Positions 8,306-12,995 of a DNA stretch of 13,294 nt are shown here, one piece after another. This DNA is from a virus (taxonomy: Duplodnaviria > Heunggongvirae > Uroviricota > Caudoviricetes): the IMG/VR virus record IMGVR_UViG_3300048016_000310; one strand, written 5' to 3'. The notes beneath the pieces were generated by a model that saw nothing but the letters and a program-made list of their open reading frames with translations, was not told the DNA's origin and did not search any database. Numbering within the stretch: position 1 is the stretch's first letter; every line of letters starts with the position of its first letter. The translations under genes were made by a program, and so were the position numbers.

Positions 8306-10730
8306 GTACCTAAAACCAAAAGTAGTAGTAGAAAAAGGAGAGTATGTAAGAAACAATGCAGGACAAGTCATGCAGGTATCTCAGAATATGCCTACACACG
8401 ACGATACACACAAGGTTACCTCTACAGGTACAGAGAAAGTAAAAAAAGGTCAAGGAGGAGTAGAACTAGAGGGAATTGAATCTGTTGTATCTGCCACACA
8501 AGAAAATAGAAATCAGAAAGATTCTACCTATACGGTAGTAGATGATTCAATAAAGCTAAGACCTCAAGATGCTCAAGATTGGGCTATGTCTAAGTTTGGC
8601 ATCAAAATTGCAAAACCAAAAAGCTCTTTATCTTTTTCTAAAGCAATCACTTTAGTTAAAGACCAAGTAGATATAAAGGTTAAGAAGTATGAACAAGCTT
8701 TTCCTGAAGCATCAGACAAACTAGTACTTAATGCTGCAAAAGCAAACAAAGAAGTTCTAGAAACCCTACCAAGTCTTGAGGACATATATGAACAAGCATT
8801 GCAAGACCAAGAAGCTTTAAAGATTCCTGTACCACAACAGAACGCTCAAGTAGGTACTATGCAAGACTATGGTTTTAAATCTCCACAAACAGATAGGTAT
8901 AATTTTAAAAAAAAAGTACCAACAAAAGAAGAACTTTTATCTGACCAAAAGCAAGTATTAGCAAGAAACAAAGAAATTGTAGCAGCTAGATATAGAAATG
9001 TAGCATCTTCTCAGTTAGCAAGAGAAGCTCCTAATCAATTTTCTCCAGACATGATAGCTCAAAAAACTCAAGCTATTGGAGATAAATTTAGAATCTTTCC
9101 TAATGACCCTCATTCTTTTATTGATGATTACTTAAATCCAGGAGTAATGATAGGAGATTTAGCTTCTGGTGTAGGACAAATTCCTAAAAATGTGCAAGAT
9201 AAAGAATATGGTAAAGCCGCTTTAAATCTGGCAGCTCCAGTTGCTATAGGAGCTTTAGCTAGTTTTGGAGCAAAGGGAAATGGTCAATTTGTTAACAACT
9301 TAATAAATCCAGTAGCAGATGCAATTCCTTTTAGAATTACACCTAATAGTGCAGAAATCAATCAATTTAAAGATTTGTTTAAACCTAAAGAAGCTTTTGT
9401 TGGATTGAATGAAACTGAAAGACAGACTATAAGAGCAGTAAGAAACACAGGTTCTCAATTGGCAAGAGGTGTTTTAGATACCCCTGAAAAAGGATTAACT
9501 TTTTTAAACAAATTAAAAACAAGAGCTGATATTTTATCTGACTCTGAATTTCAAAATCTTACAGGATTTAATAAATCCAGTATAGATGAAAAAATAGATG
9601 ATTTAAAAAATGCTTCTAAGAAAAAAGAAGAAGAAGTTTTAGGTCTAGAAGACCAAGATGATGCTTTGTATGATGTACAATATACTCCTGAACCATCACT
9701 TGATAACTATGATGGTCCTATAAGAAGCTCAGAAGAAACCAGAGATTTCTACTTAAACACGCCCTCTGATGTTTATGAAAATATTGGAAGAGCTGCAGAT
9801 TCAAGTTTTTTAAGAAGATATAGAGGGTTAGTTGATGAGCAAAGACTTAATGATAATCAATTAGCACCTCCTCCAGAAATACTAAATTTTACTATTGACC
9901 CAATCTTCAATTCTAGAGCAGAGAGCTTTAGACAAGCATTATTTGAACATAAACAAAGAGATAAACCTTTTTTATTTAAAAAAGCACTAGATAAAGTTAG
10001 TGGAAATTTAACTCCTAGTAATAAAGAAATAGAACACTCTTTACTCCCTTCTTTATTTGCTAAAGGAGATTTTGACACAGGAAAAGAAATAAATAATGCT
10101 TTTAATATATTTAAAAATCTAGAAAAGGGAAAAACTGTAAATGCAGCTAATTCTTTATCTTCTGATAGTAAGTTATTAGAGTTACAAATGTATCAAAAAG
10201 CTGTAAACGAAGGTCTTGCAAAAGTAAACTATCATGGAGAAAATTATTTAAATGGGTTAGGTTTTGGAGAAAAGGCAAAATTAAATCCTACTTTGATTAA
10301 AAAAGAAATAGATACTTATATTGATAACTTAAATAAAACTGCAAAAACAAAAATACCTTATTCTAAAATAGAAGGAGAACATATATCATATCCTAATTTG
10401 TCTGTAACAAGAAAACAAGTAGGAGGAGAATTAGAGAAAAGAATTGAGAAAGGTAAAAAATGGTTTAAGAAAAAAGACTCAGAAGGAAAGTATCCTAAAA
10501 CTAAAGAAGTTTTTACTGCACAGGCTGGTACAAAAACAAAATTAAAACCATACCCCTACATGAAAGGTTCAAGACCTGCATTAGGAACTACATCAGGAAA
10601 GTCAATTGAATCTTTAGATGGAAGGTCTATTTCTATGGACCAAATCTATGATGCAGATTCAGTAGAAGTTCAAGGAGACAAAGCTAAAACTTTCTACAAG
10701 TCTAAGCTTCAAAAATATTTAAAAAAATAA
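8289..10730 (+). CDS. Large virion cargo/ejection-type protein (813 aa), function uncertain
   Basis: Long ORF closing the structural operon. It has N-terminal VEKGE...PTHDD and recurring Q-x-G-[GT] motifs, reminiscent of Bacteroidota-phage virion proteins. The function is inferred from context. Confidence 0.5.
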   Translation: MGKLNKYLKPKVVVEKGEYVRNNAGQVMQVSQNMPTHDDTHKVTSTGTEKVKKGQGGVELEGIESVVSATQENRNQKDSTYTVVDDSIKLRPQDAQDWAMSKFGIKIAKPKSSLSFSKAITLVKDQVDIKVKKYEQAFPEASDKLVLNAAKANKEVLETLPSLEDIYEQALQDQEALKIPVPQQNAQVGTMQDYGFKSPQTDRYNFKKKVPTKEELLSDQKQVLARNKEIVAARYRNVASSQLAREAPNQFSPDMIAQKTQAIGDKFRIFPNDPHSFIDDYLNPGVMIGDLASGVGQIPKNVQDKEYGKAALNLAAPVAIGALASFGAKGNGQFVNNLINPVADAIPFRITPNSAEINQFKDLFKPKEAFVGLNETERQTIRAVRNTGSQLARGVLDTPEKGLTFLNKLKTRADILSDSEFQNLTGFNKSSIDEKIDDLKNASKKKEEEVLGLEDQDDALYDVQYTPEPSLDNYDGPIRSSEETRDFYLNTPSDVYENIGRAADSSFLRRYRGLVDEQRLNDNQLAPPPEILNFTIDPIFNSRAESFRQALFEHKQRDKPFLFKKALDKVSGNLTPSNKEIEHSLLPSLFAKGDFDTGKEINNAFNIFKNLEKGKTVNAANSLSSDSKLLELQMYQKAVNEGLAKVNYHGENYLNGLGFGEKAKLNPTLIKKEIDTYIDNLNKTAKTKIPYSKIEGEHISYPNLSVTRKQVGGELEKRIEKGKKWFKKKDSEGKYPKTKEVFTAQAGTKTKLKPYPYMKGSRPALGTTSGKSIESLDGRSISMDQIYDADSVEVQGDKAKTFYKSKLQKYLKK

Positions 10731-10753
10731 GGCTACTTTCTGGTAGCCTTATT
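10721..10753. terminator. Bidirectional intrinsic terminator between convergent genes
   Basis: Perfect 11-bp inverted repeat AATAAGGCTAC (10726-36) / GTAGCCTTATT (10743-53) with a 6-nt loop. On the - strand it is followed by a long U tract. It overlaps both stop codons (TAA 10728-30, TAG 10733-35). Confidence 0.8.
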
Positions 10754-10954
10754 GTAATTTTTCTCATGTTTTTCTATCATAAAGACATAGTCGCATATGT
10801 CATAATCATTTATAATAGTTCGTGCTTGTGGAAGTTCCAGGTCTGGATTTAGTTTGAGTTGTCTTACTACATTATTAGTTCTGTTCCTAATTTGTTTGTA
10901 GTATTTGGAGGGTTTCTTATCTTTCAAAAAAGGCTCTTTAAAACTTCTTGACAT
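10733..10954 (-). CDS. 73-aa basic hypothetical protein (MSRSFK...DICDY type)
   Basis: The start was moved to the ATG at 10954, because the longer ORF-track start runs through the promoter into tRNA-Gln. The pattern MSRS.K...KD...K...NR..R...LP...DICDY resembles a recurrent small phage protein family. Confidence 0.7.
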   Translation of the reverse strand: MSRSFKEPFLKDKKPSKYYKQIRNRTNNVVRQLKLNPDLELPQARTIINDYDICDYVFMIEKHEKNYNKATRK

Positions 10955-10974
10955 ATAAAAAAAATTTAGTTTAA

Positions 10975-11005
10975 CAAATGTACTACTATTTTTTGAACTC
11001 ACAAT
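10975..11005 (-). promoter_or_regulatory. Bacteroidota sigma-A-type promoter
   Basis: On the - strand: ATTG (11005-02), a 19-nt spacer, then TACATTTG (10982-75), 20 nt before the ATG at 10954. The consensus is TTTG-N19-21-TAnnTTTG. Confidence 0.6.
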
Positions 11006-11012
11006 AAAAAAG

Positions 11013-11085
11013 TTGAGATATTTGGATTCGAACCAAAACAACAGCTGTCAAAGAGCTGTATGCTAAACCATTACATCATATCTCA
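11013..11085 (-). tRNA. trnQ: tRNA-Gln(UUG)
   Basis: TGAGATA/TATCTCA acceptor stem; CAGCT-CT TTG AC-AGCTG anticodon arm; TTCGAAT T loop. Confidence 0.95.
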
Positions 11086-11091
11086 ATAAAG

Positions 11092-11162
11092 CACAAAGAC
11101 TAGGAATCGAACCCAGGACAATGGTTTTGGAGACCTTTGTGATACCACTTCACCATCAATGT
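11092..11162 (-). tRNA. trnW: tRNA-Trp(CCA), weakly paired
   Basis: Loop CT CCA AA, G73 and a canonical T arm. The acceptor ACATTGA/TCTTTGT has two U-U mismatches and the anticodon stem has an A-A mismatch. Confidence 0.8.
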
Positions 11163-11168
11163 ATGTTG

Positions 11169-11242
11169 GGTATGTAAGCAGATTCGAACTGCCACCTCTT
11201 TGACTCACAATCAAAGCCTCTGACCATTAAGTTATACACACC
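11169..11242 (-). tRNA. trnH: tRNA-His(GUG) with encoded G-1
   Basis: G-1:C73 pair; GTGTGTA/TACATAC acceptor; TTTGA-TT GTG AG-TCAAA anticodon arm. Confidence 0.93.
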
Positions 11243-11248
11243 ATGTTG

Positions 11249-11322
11249 TAGGGATGACAGGATTTGAACCTGCGAACCTATGCTCCCAAAGCATAGTCAT
11301 ATTGCCTCTGTAAAACATCCCT
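11249..11322 (-). tRNA. trnP: tRNA-Pro(UGG)
   Basis: AGGGATG/CATCCCT acceptor; TATGC-TT TGG GA-GCATA anticodon arm; weak D stem. Confidence 0.92.
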
Positions 11323-11330
11323 AGATAAAG

Positions 11331-11401
11331 AGCTGAAACTCAGATTCGAACTGAGGATGGAGCTTTTGCAGAGCTCTGCCTTACCACTTGGCCATTTCAG
11401 C
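11331..11401 (-). tRNA. trnC: tRNA-Cys(GCA)
   Basis: GCTGAAA/TTTCAGC acceptor; U73; GAGCT-CT GCA AA-AGCTC anticodon arm. Confidence 0.95.
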
Positions 11402-11403
11402 AT

Positions 11404-11437
11404 AAAATAAAAAATCCTCAACCATAAGGAAGAGGAT
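11404..11437 (-). terminator. Intrinsic terminator (attenuator 3:4 hairpin) directly upstream of tRNA-Cys
   Basis: ATCCTCTTCC-TTAT-GGTTGAGGAT (8 bp, 2 U-U mismatches) followed by TTTTTATTTT; the tract ends 2 nt before the tRNA-Cys 5' end. Confidence 0.8.
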
Positions 11438-11462
11438 GCAAAAAGACTTTTAATGTCTTAGT

Positions 11463-11528
11463 TTAGAACATACCTCTCCCAGCCTTGTAACAAGGACACC
11501 ATTGGGGAGTATGTTGTAAATTTTTCAT
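11463..11528 (-). CDS. 21-aa attenuator leader peptide MKNLQHTPQWCPCYKAGRGMF
   Basis: ATG AAA AAT TTA CAA CAT ACT CCC CAA TGG TGT CCT TGT TAC AAG GCT GGG AGA GGT ATG TTC TAA. The ATG is 4 nt after the -7 box, so the mRNA is probably leaderless. Confidence 0.75.
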   Translation of the reverse strand: MKNLQHTPQWCPCYKAGRGMF

Positions 11529-11532
11529 GGTA

Positions 11533-11563
11533 CAAAAGTAATACATTAATTTGTTATTTCAAA
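11533..11563 (-). promoter_or_regulatory. Bacteroidota sigma-A promoter, consensus match
   Basis: TTTG (11563-60), a 19-nt spacer, then TACTTTTG (11540-33). Confidence 0.8.
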
Positions 11564-11661
11564 GGGATATTTCCCAATTCTACGAAAAGTGCAATAAAAG
11601 GACTTGCACAAAGACCTATGATAAGTAAAATATTATACCATTTTTTCAGATTAACTCTCAT
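11554..11661 (-). CDS. 35-aa single-pass membrane peptide
   Basis: MRVNLKKWYNILLIIGLCASPFIALFVELGNIPLK*. It has a basic N-terminus and a hydrophobic stretch, an A-rich 5' region (CAACTAAAAAC-ATG) and an upstream -7 box. Confidence 0.6.
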   Translation of the reverse strand: MRVNLKKWYNILLIIGLCASPFIALFVELGNIPLK

Positions 11662-11685
11662 GTTTTTAGTTGTTTAATTATACCA

Positions 11686-11693
11686 CAAATGTA
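11686..11693 (-). promoter_or_regulatory. Putative Bacteroidota -7 promoter element
   Basis: TACATTTG, identical to the element at 10982-75, lies 24 nt before the ATG at 11661. There is no -33 TTTG at canonical spacing. Confidence 0.45.
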
Positions 11694-11763
11694 GGAATTA
11701 AATAAATACCAATCACTAGAAAATACAAAAGTTCTTTAAAAAATACAATAGATTCTTTAAAAG

Positions 11764-11840
11764 TGGAAGCTATGGGCATCGAACCCATCTGATAATCCTC
11801 TGTGCAAGAGAGGTAAACACTCCAAGCATTTCCAGCCCCC
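11764..11840 (-). tRNA. trnA: tRNA-Ala(UGC), atypical core
   Basis: GGGGGCT/AGCTTCC acceptor with G3:U70; CCTCT-CT TGC AC-AGAGG anticodon arm; G8, G14 and an 8-nt variable region. Confidence 0.88.
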
Positions 11841-11845
11841 GAATG

Positions 11846-11916
11846 TGGAATAGGGAGGAATCGAACCTCCGCTGGCAACTCTTCAGGCTGCTGCTCTACC
11901 CCTGAGCTACTATTCC
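11846..11916 (-). tRNA. trnF: tRNA-Phe(GAA)
   Basis: GGAATAG/CTATTCC acceptor; GCAGC-CT GAA GA-GTTGC anticodon arm. Confidence 0.95.
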
Positions 11917-11924
11917 ATTTGTTG

Positions 11925-11998
11925 AGGGAGGTGTTGGATTCGAACCAACAACCTGAGAGTTAACAGCTCCCTGCTCTGGCCATTATAGCTAACCTCCC
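11925..11998 (-). tRNA. trnN: tRNA-Asn(GUU)
   Basis: GGGAGGT/ACCTCCC acceptor; GGGAG-CT GTT AA-CTCTC anticodon arm; U73. Confidence 0.93.
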
Positions 11999-12003
11999 AA
12001 TTG

Positions 12004-12074
12004 TAGGAATAACAAGATTTGAACTTGTAAGACATCCTTATCAGGATGCATGATAACCATTTCATTATACTCCT
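12004..12074 (-). tRNA. trnI: tRNA-Ile(GAU) with a 6-nt anticodon loop (one nucleotide short)
   Basis: AGGAGTA/TATTCCT acceptor and intact D and T arms. The anticodon arm CATCC-TGATAA-GGATG is 16 nt instead of 17. Confidence 0.75.
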
Positions 12075-12223
12075 TTTTCTAATTTTAATCTTTTTTCATA
12101 TTTTCCTATAAGCTTAGTAATCTGACCATATGAAACATATGAACCTTGTTTAATCTGCCCTAACTCTCCAGTATAAGCTGTAGAATACTGGAGAGCTCTT
12201 AAGTCTGCTAAAAATTCTTCCAT
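12065..12223 (-). CDS. 52-aa hypothetical protein overlapping the tRNA-Ile(GAU) 5' end
   Basis: MEEFLADLRALQYSTAYTGELGQIKQGSYVSYGQITKLIGKYEKRLKLEKGV*. It fills the gap between tRNAs and has an A-rich 5' context (AAAATAA-ATG). Confidence 0.6.
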   Translation of the reverse strand: MEEFLADLRALQYSTAYTGELGQIKQGSYVSYGQITKLIGKYEKRLKLEKGV

Positions 12224-12239
12224 TTATTTTAATGTTTTG

Positions 12240-12316
12240 TGCAGTAGGTGGGTGTCGAACCCACTATATTCCTTCTGTTTGGAAGACAGACATGCAACCA
12301 CTTACACCTCTACTGC
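12240..12316 (-). tRNA. trnG: tRNA-Gly(UCC), atypical core
   Basis: GCAGTAG/CTACTGC acceptor; TCTGT-CT TCC AA-ACAGA anticodon arm; A8, A73 and a 9-nt variable region. Confidence 0.87.
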
Positions 12317-12367
12317 AAATTGAGTAGTCCCATTTCTGGATTATGCCTTCTGCTACTCACAGGCTTG

Positions 12368-12438
12368 AGCTCCTTAACAGATTCGAACTGTTATACCTGG
12401 GTTACAACGCCAGTATTCTACCATTGAACTAAAGAAGC
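12368..12438 (-). tRNA. trnT: tRNA-Thr(UGU)
   Basis: GCTTCTT/AAGGAGC acceptor with C2:G71; CTGGC-GT TGT AA-CCCAG anticodon arm with a C31-C39 mismatch and G32. Confidence 0.85.
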
Positions 12439-12444
12439 TTAAAG

Positions 12445-12532
12445 CAGTTGTGACGGGATTTGAACCCGCATGTCCTATACAGAACTCCAGAGTGACAGTC
12501 TGGGAGGGATAACCTGATTCCCCAACACAACT
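12445..12532 (-). tRNA. trnD: tRNA-Asp(GUC) with a 17-nt variable arm
   Basis: AGTTGTG/CACAACT acceptor; G73; CCAGA-CT GTC AC-TCTGG anticodon arm; V arm A-GTTCT-GTAT-AGGAC-AT. Confidence 0.88.
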
Positions 12533-12546
12533 ATATTTTATTTTTG

Positions 12547-12620
12547 TTCTCCCACAGGGACTTGAACCCTGAACCCCAGCATTAAAAGTGCCGTACTCTA
12601 GCCAATTGAGCTATAGGAGA
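12547..12620 (-). tRNA. trnK: tRNA-Lys(UUU)
   Basis: TCTCCTA/TGGGAGA acceptor; CGGCA-CT TTT AA-TGCTG anticodon arm. Confidence 0.95.
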
Positions 12621-12648
12621 TTATTACTCTCCTATTGGAAGGAGAGTG

Positions 12649-12681
12649 TTACTGTTTATATACTGTTTTAAATTTGTTCAT
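12649..12681 (-). CDS. 10-aa mini-ORF MNKFKTVYKQ, possibly regulatory
   Basis: The ATG overlaps the upstream stop (TAATG). It contains three AAA codons, and its stop is 1 nt before a hairpin abutting tRNA-Lys. Confidence 0.35.
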   Translation of the reverse strand: MNKFKTVYKQ

Positions 12682-12899
12682 TATAATTGTTTTGTTAATA
12701 ATCCAGCTACTCTATGTATTGCTTTTTCTCCTAATCCTTGGAGTTCTACACCTGTAACTAAATACTGTTTGTTTTCTATAGTAATTTCTTTACCAATTAA
12801 GTTCAAGTCTTTTCTTAATGTAGGTAAGTTATTTTTCTCTAAATCTATAACAAAGACTTTTCCTCTTCCTATAATATTAAAGTATGTTTCTACTATCAT
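12681..12899 (-). CDS. 72-aa stand-alone EF-Tu domain II-like beta-barrel protein
   Basis: VETYFNIIGRGKV...IGKEITI...VTGVE...AGLL aligns by eye to EF-Tu IEDVFSISGRGTV...VGEEVEI...CTGVE...VGVLL. Confidence 0.6.
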   Translation of the reverse strand: MIVETYFNIIGRGKVFVIDLEKNNLPTLRKDLNLIGKEITIENKQYLVTGVELQGLGEKAIHRVAGLLTKQL

Positions 12900-12915
12900 A
12901 ATTTTTAATGTTTAG

Positions 12916-12987
12916 TAGGTTGTTGGTGACTCGAACACCAATTGCAAAGATATAAGCTTTGTATCCTTACCTTTAGATGAACAACCT
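12916..12987 (-). tRNA. trnI: tRNA-Ile(UAU)
   Basis: AGGTTGT/ACAACCT acceptor; A73; CAAAG-CT TAT AT-CTTTG anticodon arm. Confidence 0.87.
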
Positions 12988-12995
12988 ATGTTTAG

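Larger units (their letters stand above)
11404..11528 (-). promoter_or_regulatory. Ribosome-mediated transcription attenuator of the Cys/Pro/His/Trp/Gln tRNA block
   Basis: Leader ORF plus three mutually exclusive helices. 1:2 is AACATAC/GTATGTT with an adjacent TCCC/GGGA helix. 2:3 is GGGAGAGG(T)ATG/CATCCTCTTCC. 3:4 is the terminator. Confidence 0.75.

Noticed and set aside
290-10078. Short - strand ORFs 290-571, 537-719, 955-1137, 4105-4293, 5581-5820, 8573-8785 and 9857-10078
   Set aside because: They are antisense shadows within long, coupled + strand genes, with no recognisable motifs.
10955-11041. N-terminal extension of ORF-track call 10733-11041
   Set aside because: It overlaps tRNA-Gln and a promoter; the ATG at 10954 is the better start.
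11764-11840. tmRNA, suggested by the GGGGGCTG start and G3:U70
   Set aside because: It closes as a 77-nt cloverleaf with a full UGC anticodon arm and has no tag reading frame.
11678-11878. 66-aa - strand ORF from the ORF track
   Set aside because: It starts inside tRNA-Phe and spans tRNA-Ala; probably spurious.
12646-12915. 89-aa + strand ORF
   Set aside because: It is the antisense shadow of the EF-Tu-like ORF, against the local transcription direction.
12945-12952. TATCTTTG -7 box inside tRNA-Ile(UAU) as an internal promoter for the EF-Tu-like ORF
   Set aside because: There is no -33 TTTG at 19-21 nt, and the sequence is explained by the anticodon arm; only TSS mapping could revive it.
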